Below are positions 1 to 9,885 of a DNA stretch of 64,000 nt, in pieces (position 1 is the stretch's first letter; every line of letters starts with the position of its first letter). The position numbers were made by a program, and so were the translations under genes. Below the pieces are notes generated by a model. The model did not search any database. It was not told the origin of the DNA and saw only the letters and a program-made list of their open reading frames with translations. The stretch lies in NCBI GenBank assembly GCA_027320085.1, contig DAHVLZ010000009.1, positions 32,001 through 96,000 of the forward strand. The letters run 5' to 3'. The DNA is from Pseudomonadota bacterium. Lineage in GTDB: Bacteria; Pseudomonadota; Gammaproteobacteria; JAKAQQ01.

Positions 1-335
1 CGTTGATCCAGATCATGAACTACGCGGTTTATCCGCTCGAAATCCTCTTTCTCGTGCCCTTCATTGGACTGGGTCATTGGCTCGTGAGCGGACATCCACT
101 CTCGCTCACCCGCGCCGAGATCCTGTCCCGTTTCCACGCCGGGTGGATACCTGCCCTGGAACAGTTGTGGGCTTACCTCCTCGAGGGTCTCCTCGGGTGG
201 CTCGTGGTAAGCCTGCTTTTGGCGCCTATCTGCTACTGGGTTCTCTCGCGGCTGCTCAGACGGCTGCGACCCGCACCCCCGGGGTCCGGGGATTCTCCCC
301 CTCTGCTCGCGGTTCCGAGGAAGCAAGATAAATGA
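1..335 (+). CDS. DUF2062-like membrane protein, 5'-truncated by window edge
   Basis: Hydrophobic ORF with IQIMNYAVYPLEILFLVPFIGLG, resembling DUF2062 proteins. Confidence 0.55.
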   Translation, partial: LIQIMNYAVYPLEILFLVPFIGLGHWLVSGHPLSLTRAEILSRFHAGWIPALEQLWAYLLEGLLGWLVVSLLLAPICYWVLSRLLRRLRPAPPGSGDSPPLLAVPRKQDK

Positions 336-1110
336 CGGAAGCCATCCGGCCCGTCATGCCCTCGCGCCGGTAAGAATAAAAAAGTTCGGGATGCCTGAAG
401 GTCCCGAACGGACCGTGGCCGATCCAGCCGACGCCTCGTCGTTCCAGACGCGCATGAGCCAGGGCTGCAAGATCCACCCCGAAATGTTCCGGACGGGCCC
501 GAGGCAGGAAAAACCTTAGATCCTCCGGTCTTGTAAACACCTCCCGCACACCCGGCCCGGTCTCATAGCAGTCCCCCTCAATGCCAGGCCCGATCCAGGC
601 CACGAGTTCCGACGGATCACGCCCCATCGCCTCCAGAGTCGCCTCCAGCACACCCTGTGCGAGCCCCCGCCAGCCCGCATGGGCCACCGCCACACGGCAA
701 CCATTCCGGTCCGCGAAAAAAACGGGTAGACAATCTGCCGTTAGCACGGCAAGCACCACACCCGGAATGGCAGTCGTGGCTGCATCGGCACACTCCGGTG
801 GAGCGGAACCCGCCGGCTCCCGGGCGTCGACCACACGAGACCCGTGCACTTGTGTGAGCCAATCTGGCTCGGCGGGCAAATCCAGTGCGGAAATCAGATG
901 CCTCCGATTCCGGATGACCACACCCGGGTCATCGCCCACATGAGTGGCCAGATTGAGTGAGGCGTAAGGTTCCACACTGTGACCACCCTGACGGGTGGTC
1001 ACAAAGGCGCGCACCGTGGCAGGGACCGGCCAGACCGGTTCCAGGCAAAGCAGGGACCGTGAACACCGCCACCGGTAATCCGCCCCCTGATGCTCCGTCA
1101 TGGCGCACAC
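256..1110 (-). CDS. pgeF: Peptidoglycan editing factor / purine nucleoside phosphorylase YfiH
   Basis: SLNLATHVGDD, QVHG, LTADCLPV, AHAGWRG, FYSYRR motifs; directly downstream of rluD. Confidence 0.93.
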   Translation of the reverse strand: MCAMTEHQGADYRWRCSRSLLCLEPVWPVPATVRAFVTTRQGGHSVEPYASLNLATHVGDDPGVVIRNRRHLISALDLPAEPDWLTQVHGSRVVDAREPAGSAPPECADAATTAIPGVVLAVLTADCLPVFFADRNGCRVAVAHAGWRGLAQGVLEATLEAMGRDPSELVAWIGPGIEGDCYETGPGVREVFTRPEDLRFFLPRARPEHFGVDLAALAHARLERRGVGWIGHGPFGTFRHPELFYSYRREGMTGRMASVIYLASSEPRAEGENPRTPGVRVAAV

Positions 1111-1140
1111 TCCCGCTCGAAAAACAGACCCGGGAAAACC

Positions 1141-2166
1141 CTACGCATGGTGCACGCCGGCTTCCGCCGCCCGGATCAGCCCGAGCAAATCCTCGAGGTC
1201 CTGCGGGAGCGGAGCCTCCCACTCACAGGGTTCGCGCGTCCCCGGATGCCTGAACGACAGCGACTGGGCATGCAGCGCCTGGCGTGAAAAAGTGCGGACC
1301 GCCTCTCGCACTTCGGCACACATCCCGCGCGCGCTGCGTGATCGTCCTCCATAGAGGGGATCGCCGACCAGGGGGTAGCCGACATGCGCAAGATGAACCC
1401 GGATCTGGTGAGTGCGTCCGGTCCCCAGTGACGCTTCGATCAGACAGGCTCCCGTGAACCGTTCACGGATTCGGAAGGTGGTATCCGCCGGTTTGCCGGA
1501 GGGTACAACGGCGCGCCGCTGCCGGTTCCGTCGATCGCGTCCCAGTGGAGCTTCGATCTTCTGCCCTGCCGTCGGTTCTCCCAAAACCAGCGCCCAATAG
1601 ACCCGCCGCACCTCCCGTGCGGCGATGGCGCGGGTCAGTCGAGTGTGCGCGGGTTCATTGCGGGCGATCACGAGAAGACCGGAGGTGTCCTTGTCCAGAC
1701 GGTGCACGAGCCCCCCCCTCGGAACCCGGTCCAGCTCGGGATACCGGTACAAGAGCCCATTGAGGAGGGTCCCGCCGTGGTGGCCGGCTCCGGGATGCAC
1801 CACCAGTCCTGCCGGTTTATTCACCACAATGAGGTCCGCATCCTCCCAGACTACGGTCAATCCCATGGGTTCTGGTCCGGCCGGAGCGCGGGATAAGGGT
1901 TCGCCGAAATCGACTTCGAGGCTCTCGTCGGCCTTCACCCGACGACTGGGGAGGGCCGCACGACCCGACAGCCGGACCCGTCCCTCACGAACCAGTTCTG
2001 CGAGACGGCTACGTGAAAATCCGGGATAGAGCTCAGCCAGTACCTGATCCAGCCGACGGCCGGCACAAGAAACCGGGATCCGGACCAAACGGGCCGGAAT
2101 TTCCGGGGGAGCGTTCTTCCGCGCTATACTTTCCACTTCCCTGCATCCGGGCTCCTCACCGTCCAT
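1141..2166 (-). CDS. rluD: 23S rRNA pseudouridine synthase D (true start may be TTG 2088)
   Basis: S4 domain RLDQVLAEL, NKPAGLVVHPGAG, HRLDKDTSG, TGRTHQIRVH, RQALHA. Confidence 0.95.
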   Translation of the reverse strand: MDGEEPGCREVESIARKNAPPEIPARLVRIPVSCAGRRLDQVLAELYPGFSRSRLAELVREGRVRLSGRAALPSRRVKADESLEVDFGEPLSRAPAGPEPMGLTVVWEDADLIVVNKPAGLVVHPGAGHHGGTLLNGLLYRYPELDRVPRGGLVHRLDKDTSGLLVIARNEPAHTRLTRAIAAREVRRVYWALVLGEPTAGQKIEAPLGRDRRNRQRRAVVPSGKPADTTFRIRERFTGACLIEASLGTGRTHQIRVHLAHVGYPLVGDPLYGGRSRSARGMCAEVREAVRTFSRQALHAQSLSFRHPGTREPCEWEAPLPQDLEDLLGLIRAAEAGVHHA

Positions 2167-2917
2167 GAGTCACCGACGTTTTCGCGTTGCCACCCTCACG
2201 GCCCTTGCCACCCTGATCCTGGCGGGTTGTGCGGGCACGCCACACCCCTCTGCCCGTCCCACCGCCCTCTCGCTTTACGAACATGGCCGTCACGCACTGG
2301 AGGCGGCTAATTTCAAGGCAGCAGAAGGCTATTTCCGCAGCCTCAAAGCCGACTACCCGTTCAAGCGCTATGCCCGAGAAGCGGCTCTTTACCTCATTTA
2401 TACGCACTTTATGGCCGGCCATAACCATGAGGCGGCCAACACGGCCCGTCGTTTTATCCAGGAACATCCCCGTAGTCCCGATGCCCCCTACGCCTACTTC
2501 ATGGTCGCCGTCTCTGAATCCCAGATTCCCCTCAACTTCGTCGACCGCCTGTTCGGGGCCAATCCTGCCAAACGGAACATCCAGAACCTGAGGGCTGCTT
2601 TCAACGACTATAAGAAACTCCTGCTCCACTTTCCCCGCTCGCCCTATTCGCTGTACGGCCGTTTCGAGATGAACCGGATCCGTAACCGGATCGCCGAACA
2701 TGACCTCTATGTCGCGCGCTTCCTCCTGGACAAAGGTGCTTTCGTCGCCTCTGCCAATCGCGCGGCCGATATCGTCCGGAGACTGGGGATGACCCCTTCG
2801 GCTCCCGACGCCCTCAAGATCCTGATCCGGGACTACCGGCATCTGGACGAGCCGATCCTGGCGCTCCAAGCGGAAGCGCTCCTCAAAGTCGCGCGCAACG
2901 CTCATTCACGCTCCTGA
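2165..2917 (+). CDS. bamD: Outer membrane protein assembly lipoprotein BamD
   Basis: Lipobox LAGC, TPR-like repeats (YPFKRYA, FIQEHPRSP, FPRSPY); divergent from rluD as in conserved synteny. Confidence 0.92.
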   Translation: MSHRRFRVATLTALATLILAGCAGTPHPSARPTALSLYEHGRHALEAANFKAAEGYFRSLKADYPFKRYAREAALYLIYTHFMAGHNHEAANTARRFIQEHPRSPDAPYAYFMVAVSESQIPLNFVDRLFGANPAKRNIQNLRAAFNDYKKLLLHFPRSPYSLYGRFEMNRIRNRIAEHDLYVARFLLDKGAFVASANRAADIVRRLGMTPSAPDALKILIRDYRHLDEPILALQAEALLKVARNAHSRS

Positions 2918-4585
2918 CCGCGGCTCCTCCGGCAGCTTTTGGCCAGCTTCCACCGCGATATCAAATCCCGAGGTCACAGGGTAGCGACGCTCAACCCCGA
3001 AGGCACGGGAGGTGATTTTGACTCCCAACGCGGCCTGGCGCCGTTTGTACTCGTTCGCAGCCACGCGCCTGAGCACTTTCCGGACCGCTGAGGGATTACC
3101 CAGACGACCGGCGATCTCCGCGAAAGGCCGCTCGGCCTCGATCCATGCTTCCAAGATCGGATCAAGATCCTCGTAGGCCGGCAGGGTATCCCGGTCCTTC
3201 TGCCCTTCCCTCAGCTCAGCCGTGGGCTCGCGTTCCAGAACCGCCCGTGGGATCACCGGCGAAATTCCGTTGCGGTAACGGGCCAGGTCAAAAACCAGGG
3301 TTTTCGGCACATCGGCCAACGGAGCAAACCCACCCACCATGTCACCGTAGAGGGTCGTGTACCCCATGGCCATCTCACTCTTGTTGCCGGTCGCAAGAAC
3401 GATCCGTCCACTCGCATTGGACAGGGCCATGAGTAAAACGCCACGGATCCGTGCCTGAAGGTTTTCTGAAACAATCGAACGGTCGGTCGGCATGCCGGAG
3501 GGTTCCAGGACCTTCCGGAACGCTTCAAGGATCGGTTCAATGGGTAACTCGAGGGTCTGGATACCCAGGATTTTCGACTCTTCGAGTGCCGCCATACGAG
3601 AAAGCTCTGACGTGTAGCGAGAGGGCATGAGTACGCCCGTCACGGCCTCTGCTCCCAACGCATCCACCGCGATGGCCAGGACAAGTGATGAATCGATTCC
3701 ACCGGAGAGCCCGATGAGCACACCCGGAAACCCGTTCTTCCCGACATAATCGGCCACGGCCATCCGGAGTGCCGGATAGACCGAGTCGGCCACCCCCGGG
3801 GTTGGCTCCGGATCAGGTGCTTCAAGCCGGATGGCTTCCCCCTGCTTCCGGACCCCGACCGGCCACAGCGCCCGGGTACAGCCTGGGGCCCGGGAGACGA
3901 TGCTGGAGCCTGGGTTTAAGGCGAGCGAGGCCCCGTCGAACACGAGTTCGTCCTGTCCGCCAACGAGATTGGTGCAGACGAGCGGGATCCCGGTTTCTTT
4001 GACCCGCGAGGCGAACACGCGTTCGCGTTCAGCCGCTTTTCCGATGCAGAAGGGAGAGGCACTGAGACCGACCAACAGCTTTGCACCCTGTGCCCGGCCG
4101 CCAGCCGCCGGTCCAGGCGCCCAAAGATCCTCGCAAATCAACAATGCGATCCGCATCCCACCATGGTCCCAGACCACCGTTTCCGTTCCCGCCACAAAGT
4201 AACGTTTCTCGTCAAAAACCCCGTAATTCGGCAAACACTGCTTGAACGCACACGCAACCACCCGGCCCCCGGTGATGACAGAGGCGGCATTGTAGATATG
4301 GGGTCCGTCGTAATGCGGATGGCCCACCACGATGGGCGGTCCCGGCCAAGCGGTCACGAGACGGGACAGACCGGCTTCGGCCTCGTGTCGGAAATCAGGC
4401 TGAAACAAAAGGTCACGCGGTGGATACCCGCACAGCACCAGTTCTGGAAAGACCGTAAGCCATGCTTGGTGCTTCTTTTGAGCCACCTGGGCCGCGTCTA
4501 GGATGGATCTGACATTGCCCGCAATATCCCCCACGCAGGGATTGATCTGGGCCAGTACGATCGTCCCGAGCGATGGCTCACGCAT
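2906..4585 (-). CDS. nadE: Glutamine-dependent NAD+ synthetase
   Basis: Nitrilase domain (FPEL, LPNYGVFDEKRYF, ICED) plus SGGIDS, NLQARIRG, TGNKSE, EYKRRQ. Confidence 0.95.
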   Translation of the reverse strand: MREPSLGTIVLAQINPCVGDIAGNVRSILDAAQVAQKKHQAWLTVFPELVLCGYPPRDLLFQPDFRHEAEAGLSRLVTAWPGPPIVVGHPHYDGPHIYNAASVITGGRVVACAFKQCLPNYGVFDEKRYFVAGTETVVWDHGGMRIALLICEDLWAPGPAAGGRAQGAKLLVGLSASPFCIGKAAERERVFASRVKETGIPLVCTNLVGGQDELVFDGASLALNPGSSIVSRAPGCTRALWPVGVRKQGEAIRLEAPDPEPTPGVADSVYPALRMAVADYVGKNGFPGVLIGLSGGIDSSLVLAIAVDALGAEAVTGVLMPSRYTSELSRMAALEESKILGIQTLELPIEPILEAFRKVLEPSGMPTDRSIVSENLQARIRGVLLMALSNASGRIVLATGNKSEMAMGYTTLYGDMVGGFAPLADVPKTLVFDLARYRNGISPVIPRAVLEREPTAELREGQKDRDTLPAYEDLDPILEAWIEAERPFAEIAGRLGNPSAVRKVLRRVAANEYKRRQAALGVKITSRAFGVERRYPVTSGFDIAVEAGQKLPEEPRSGA

Positions 4586-4609
4586 GGTCTGTTCGATCGT
4601 CGGAGTAAC

Positions 4610-5488
4610 CTACCGCCGCTTCAGCCGATCACTCATCGCCTGTCCGATTTCGGCCGGGGAATGGACCACCGAAACAAAGGCCTCCTCGAAAGCCCGGTAT
4701 TTTTCGGCAGCGGTTCCGGTTCCCCCCGAAATGATGGCGCCCGCATGTCCCATGCGCTTTCCGGGCGGGGCCGTGACGCCTGCGACGTAGGCAACCACCG
4801 GCTTGGTGACGTGATCGCGGATATAGGCAGCCGCTTTTTCCTCGTCGTTGCCCCCGATCTCGCCCACGAGGACGATCCCCTCAGTCTCGGGATCCGCTTC
4901 GAACAGAGCCAGACAGTCAATGAACCCGATTCCGTGGATGGGATCCCCACCGATCCCGATACAGGTCGACTGTCCCAAACCGATTTCCGTGGTCTGGTGG
5001 ACGGCGACATAAGTCAGCGTTCCCGAGCGGGAGACAATTCCGATTCTCCCCCGGCGATGGATTGATCCCGGCATGATGCCCATCTTGCACCCCTCCGGGG
5101 TAATGATGCCCGGGCAGTTCGGGCCGATGAGACGGGTTTCCGGCCGGTTCCGGAGCGCAGTCTTGACCCGTACCATGTCAAGGGCGGGAATGTGCTCCGT
5201 GATGCAGACAATGAGCTGGATTCCGGCATCAACAGCTTCGAGAATGGCATCCGCCGCACCCGCTGCTGGCACAAAGATGAGACTGGCATGGGCCCCGGTC
5301 TCCTTGACAGCCTCACGGACCGTGTCGAACACGGGCCGATCCAGATGACGGGTCCCGCCACGTCCGGGTGTCACCCCGCCCACCAGACAGGTTCCGTACT
5401 GAATGGCCTGTTCACAATGAAAGGTCCCTTGGCGACCGGTAAAACCTTGGCAGATCACTCGTGTTTCACGATCGACGAGCACGCTCAT
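4610..5488 (-). CDS. sucD: Succinyl-CoA synthetase alpha subunit
   Basis: [25 protein letters not shown] phospho-His motif. Confidence 0.97.
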   Translation of the reverse strand: MSVLVDRETRVICQGFTGRQGTFHCEQAIQYGTCLVGGVTPGRGGTRHLDRPVFDTVREAVKETGAHASLIFVPAAGAADAILEAVDAGIQLIVCITEHIPALDMVRVKTALRNRPETRLIGPNCPGIITPEGCKMGIMPGSIHRRGRIGIVSRSGTLTYVAVHQTTEIGLGQSTCIGIGGDPIHGIGFIDCLALFEADPETEGIVLVGEIGGNDEEKAAAYIRDHVTKPVVAYVAGVTAPPGKRMGHAGAIISGGTGTAAEKYRAFEEAFVSVVHSPAEIGQAMSDRLKRR

Positions 5489-6654
5489 GCCGCACCCCCG
5501 GCGGCACGGACCGCTCTCTCGGCTGCATGGGTCAACCCGGATGCCGTCTCGATCGGCAATCGGCTCTCGACAAACATCCGCCGACCTTCCTCTGCCCGTG
5601 TTCCCTCCAACTGGACAATCACGGGGACATCCGGCGCCACTTCCTTGAAGGCCGCAATGATCCCCTCCGCAATCAGGTCACAACGCACGATTCCCCCGAA
5701 AATATTGACGAAGATCGATCGAACCCGGGGATTGGCCCGAAAAATCCGGAATGCCTCGGTTACCCGGGCCGCGGTCGCGTCCCCACCCACGTCCAGGAAA
5801 TTGGCCGGCTGGCCGCCCTTGAGCTGGATCAGGTCCATGGTTGCCATGGCCAGTCCCGCGCCATTGACCATGCACGCAATGTCACCCTCCAATGCCACAT
5901 AGTTGAGACCGGCCTGGGTCGCTTCGTTCTCCGCCGGGTCCCGCTGGCTGGGGTCATCCAGCGCGGCGAGTTCCACATGACGGCCGAGCGCGTTGTCATC
6001 CAGGTTGACCTTGGCGTCCAAGGCACGCAGTTCTCCTCCTCGGGTCACGATCAGGGGGTTGATCTCGATGAGAGACGCATCCGACTCCCGCATGCACCGC
6101 TCCAGTCCGGACAAGAGAGACGAAAGCGCCGTCAGTTGCTGGGGCGCCATCCGGAAGACCCCTCCCAAAATTCGAGTCACATAAGCCGGGACCCCGGGAT
6201 CGGGAGGCAGGGGAACCGTCGCGATTTTTTCCGGATCGGTCGCGGCCACCGTTTCGATTTCCATCCCTCCCTCGGAGGAGGCAATGAAACTCAGGCATTC
6301 CCGTGCACGGTCGACGACCAGGCTGAGATAGAGCTCCCGCCCGATATCCGAAGCCTCCTCGACCCAGACCGCATGGACAGGCAACCCCTCGGGTCCTGTC
6401 TGGTGGGTCTTGAGGCGTTGTCCAATGAGCCTCCCGGCCACCTCACCCACCGCGGCTGGTGAGCGGCAGACCTCGACCCCTCCCGCTTTGCCGCGACCTC
6501 CGGCATGGATCTGGGCCTTGACCACCCAGGTCGAACCGCCAAGCCGTTCGGCTGCCGCGACGGCTTCCACCGATGACCGGGCAACCAAACCGGAGGGAAC
6601 CGGGATTCCGAAACGGGAAAAAATTTCTTTGGCCTGGTACTCATGGAGGTTCAT
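5485..6654 (-). CDS. sucC: Succinyl-CoA synthetase beta subunit (start ATG 6654)
   Basis: [44 protein letters not shown]; ATGA overlap with sucD. Confidence 0.97.
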   Translation of the reverse strand: MNLHEYQAKEIFSRFGIPVPSGLVARSSVEAVAAAERLGGSTWVVKAQIHAGGRGKAGGVEVCRSPAAVGEVAGRLIGQRLKTHQTGPEGLPVHAVWVEEASDIGRELYLSLVVDRARECLSFIASSEGGMEIETVAATDPEKIATVPLPPDPGVPAYVTRILGGVFRMAPQQLTALSSLLSGLERCMRESDASLIEINPLIVTRGGELRALDAKVNLDDNALGRHVELAALDDPSQRDPAENEATQAGLNYVALEGDIACMVNGAGLAMATMDLIQLKGGQPANFLDVGGDATAARVTEAFRIFRANPRVRSIFVNIFGGIVRCDLIAEGIIAAFKEVAPDVPVIVQLEGTRAEEGRRMFVESRLPIETASGLTHAAERAVRAAGGAA

Positions 6655-6795
6655 GAAACCCACTCTTGGCAAACCGGGGACCCCTCTATTTTCGCTGATT
6701 TGCGATTCGATTGCCGGGAATCGGGGCTCCCCTGCGCTCTTCGGGCGGGAATGTGTATGATCATTCCCACCGATTGCCCGAACCGGCCTGACGGA

Positions 6796-8466
6796 ATGGC
6801 TGACTCCCCACCACCACTCCTCTCCACAACTCCCGAGGCAGCACCCTCGACCTCCCTGCTCCAAAAGGAACGGAGCGGGCACTCCAACCCTCAACGCACC
6901 CGCCGCCTGCTGTGGATCCTCACCGCCTACCGGTTCATGATGGGGTTCCTCCTCCTTCTCGCCACCATCGCTCGCTCCAGCTGGTTCCCCCTGTCCGGAA
7001 CCGCAGTCCAGCGGTTGCAGTGGATGGCGGGCGGATACCTGCTCTGGAGCCTGCTGCTCTTGGGCCTGAGGCTCGCCCTGCCTGCCCGCCTGCGACGATG
7101 GGAACCCCTCCTGGGACCGGTTACGGACCTGGCTTTCATTGCCGCACTGGCACAAGGCCATTTAGCCGCGGAATGGCTGCTCACCAGTAACCTCTTCATG
7201 ATTCCATTGGGGGTTGCGGCATCAATCCTGAATCTCGAGGGGAGTCTCGCACTGGCCTCGCTCACCAGTGTTTTCGTCCTCGCGCGCAGCTTTGAGAAGT
7301 GGCTGGCGGGTCAGGGAACCAATCCATTGCTTCATGCCGCCCTGTTTTCCATCCTGTTCTTTCTGATTACGCTGATCCTGTATTCGCTGGCGAACCGGGT
7401 CCGAATCACCGAAACCATCCTCGCCCGTCAAAAACTGGATCTGGACAACCTGTCCGAACTCAATGCCTATCTGGTCCAGCGGATGCCAACCGGGGTTGTG
7501 ATTTTCGACCGCGAGGACCGGGTCCGGTTCTTCAATGCAGCCGCTGCCCAATTGCTGAGCCTCCCGGGCGTGGATCCCAATCCTCACGCCCGGAACCTGC
7601 TTCGCTTCCTAAAAAGCCAGAAGAGCAACCAACCCCGGGTGGCTTCCCCCGTCATCACGCCAGTCGGTCGGTCGGTCTTGCCCGACCTCCGACCGATTGG
7701 TCAACAGGGTGCCATCCTGACCCTTGAGGACCTGAGCCAGCTCGAGTCCAAAATGCATGAACTGAAGCTACAGGCCATGGGCCGACTCACGGCCGCCATT
7801 GCCCATGAGATCAGAAACCCGCTGGCCGCGATCCGTCACGCGGCCCAGTTGCTCCACGAGTCCCAGCATCTCGATCCCGAAGACCGGCGGCTCAACCAGA
7901 TTACCCTCGACCAAGTCGAACGACTGAACCGCGTCATCGGCAACATCCTGACCCTCTCGCGACCCACCACCCGTCCGGCACAACCCCTAGAACTGGGCAT
8001 TTGGCTCGGGGGGTTCATGGAGGAATTCGCAAGCCGTCACGGCATGACTCCATCCTCCGGCCAAATCCGGTCGGTCGAGTTCGAAAAGCACCTCGAGGCA
8101 CAGGTGAGCCCGGACTTGTTGCACCAGATTGTCTGGAACCTGGCTGAGAACGCCTTGACCCACGGCGCTTCTCCAAGCCGGTCGGGACGGACTCTGGTTC
8201 TCTTCCGCTTGGATCGGCAACATCGGAAGGGGCAGGTGCGCCTGGGTGTCCTGGATCGGGGACCGGGAATCCCGGAAAACCTGCTCGAACGGATTTATGA
8301 TCCTTTCTACAGCACCTCCCCCCAAGGGACCGGATTGGGTCTGTTTATCGCACGCGAACTCTGCACGCTGAATGGGCTGAGCCTGCATTACCGTAAGCGA
8401 AAAAGCGGCGGAAGCGAGTTCTACATCCTTTTCTCCGACCCCCAGCCAGTGGCACCCCCCTTATGA
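6796..8466 (+). CDS. pilS: Sensor histidine kinase PilS (start uncertain, 6751-6796)
   Basis: Multi-TM N-terminus, PAS-like region, AHEIRNPL H-box, DRGPGI and GTGLGL boxes; next to sucC and pilR. Confidence 0.85.
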   Translation: MADSPPPLLSTTPEAAPSTSLLQKERSGHSNPQRTRRLLWILTAYRFMMGFLLLLATIARSSWFPLSGTAVQRLQWMAGGYLLWSLLLLGLRLALPARLRRWEPLLGPVTDLAFIAALAQGHLAAEWLLTSNLFMIPLGVAASILNLEGSLALASLTSVFVLARSFEKWLAGQGTNPLLHAALFSILFFLITLILYSLANRVRITETILARQKLDLDNLSELNAYLVQRMPTGVVIFDREDRVRFFNAAAAQLLSLPGVDPNPHARNLLRFLKSQKSNQPRVASPVITPVGRSVLPDLRPIGQQGAILTLEDLSQLESKMHELKLQAMGRLTAAIAHEIRNPLAAIRHAAQLLHESQHLDPEDRRLNQITLDQVERLNRVIGNILTLSRPTTRPAQPLELGIWLGGFMEEFASRHGMTPSSGQIRSVEFEKHLEAQVSPDLLHQIVWNLAENALTHGASPSRSGRTLVLFRLDRQHRKGQVRLGVLDRGPGIPENLLERIYDPFYSTSPQGTGLGLFIARELCTLNGLSLHYRKRKSGGSEFYILFSDPQPVAPPL

Positions 8467-9791
8467 ACCCGCCTGATCCAGCAAGTCCCCCGCGGATCCT
8501 CATTGTTGACGATGAACCCGATCTGGTCGAACTGATTGGTCTCACCCTCAAGCGGATGGGGATCCTGAGCGCAAGCGCAGGAACCCTGGAAGACGCGCGA
8601 CGGGAACTACGCGATGGAAAGTACGCGTTCTGTCTCCTTGATCTCAAACTGCCAGATGGCGATGGGTTGGATCTCGTGGAGTGGATCGCCCAAAACACCC
8701 CCGACACCACAGTGGCAGTTCTCACGGCTCATGCCAGCATTGAAATCGCGGTCCGCGCCCTCAAACTCGGCGCTTTCGATTTTTTGACCAAACCGGTCGA
8801 TCTCACCGTGCTTCGGCAACTCGTGACCAGTGCCATCCGCATGGCTCGCGGGCAACCCCTCTCCGGCAACCTCCTGATCGGCGAACACCCGACCATCCAG
8901 GAACTCCGCTCAATGATCCTCCGGGTGGCCCGAAGCCAGGCACCGGTCCACATTCATGGAGAAACCGGCACCGGCAAGGAGCTGGTCAGCCGGCTCATAC
9001 ATGCCAACGGACCCCGCCACGACCGGCCCTTCGTTCCGATCAACTGCGGGGCAATCCCGGGTGAACTACTCGAAAGCGAGTTGTTCGGGTATAAGCGAGG
9101 AGCCTTCACAGGGGCTGTTTCGGATCAACTGGGGCTTATCCGGAGTGCCGAGGGAGGCAGCCTGTTCTTGGACGAGGTCGCCGAGCTTCCTTTGACGATG
9201 CAGGTCAAGCTCCTACGCTTCATGCAGGAAAAAACCATCCGTCCCTTGGGGATGTCGCAAGAGATCCCGGTGGATGTCCGGATCATTTCGGCCTCGCACC
9301 GCAACCTGCACGAAGCCGTAGCCCAGGGCCGTTTCCGCGAGGATTTGTACTACCGGCTGGTTGTGATCGAGATGTTCGTGCCGCCGTTGAGGAAACGACT
9401 GGATGACATCGCGCAAATTGCCCCTGCACTGGTTGCCCGCCTGGCTTTGGACCGACCCATCACGCTGGCACCAGACGCCCTGTCACGACTCCAGTCCTAC
9501 GACTATCCGGGCAATATCCGCGAACTGGAAAATATCCTGGAACGGGCACTCACCCTCTGTGAAGGTGAAGTGATCCATGGGGACGACATCCGACTGCGAA
9601 AAACCGAGCGGACCCCGATTCCCGAACGGGCGGACCTGCGTCCCCTGCCCGCGTACCTTGAGGAGGTCGAGAAGGAACGCATCCTTCAGGCCCTGCGCGA
9701 AAGCCAGGGCAACAAGACCGCGGCAGCGCACCATTTGGGCATCAGTTTCCGGCAGTTCCGCTACCGGCTCAAAAAACTCGGCATCGATTAA
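8463..9791 (+). CDS. pilR: Sigma54-dependent response regulator PilR
   Basis: REC domain, [23 protein letters not shown] ending [11 protein letters not shown] typical of PilR. Confidence 0.9.
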   Translation: MNPPDPASPPRILIVDDEPDLVELIGLTLKRMGILSASAGTLEDARRELRDGKYAFCLLDLKLPDGDGLDLVEWIAQNTPDTTVAVLTAHASIEIAVRALKLGAFDFLTKPVDLTVLRQLVTSAIRMARGQPLSGNLLIGEHPTIQELRSMILRVARSQAPVHIHGETGTGKELVSRLIHANGPRHDRPFVPINCGAIPGELLESELFGYKRGAFTGAVSDQLGLIRSAEGGSLFLDEVAELPLTMQVKLLRFMQEKTIRPLGMSQEIPVDVRIISASHRNLHEAVAQGRFREDLYYRLVVIEMFVPPLRKRLDDIAQIAPALVARLALDRPITLAPDALSRLQSYDYPGNIRELENILERALTLCEGEVIHGDDIRLRKTERTPIPERADLRPLPAYLEEVEKERILQALRESQGNKTAAAHHLGISFRQFRYRLKKLGID

Positions 9792-9885
9792 GTGGATCCG
9801 ACGAACCGGTCCTCACCGTGCGCATCAGCCACACGTGGATCAATCCGATTTTTTAAATCAGAAATTCAAAACCTGGGGGGGCGGT

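Noticed and set aside
6655-7161. N-terminal extension of sucC in the ORF track (also leuS, miaB, maiA, nit, RND, rsfS, lptE, gdhB)
   Set aside because: Extensions overlap neighbouring genes or promoters; conserved N-termini begin downstream
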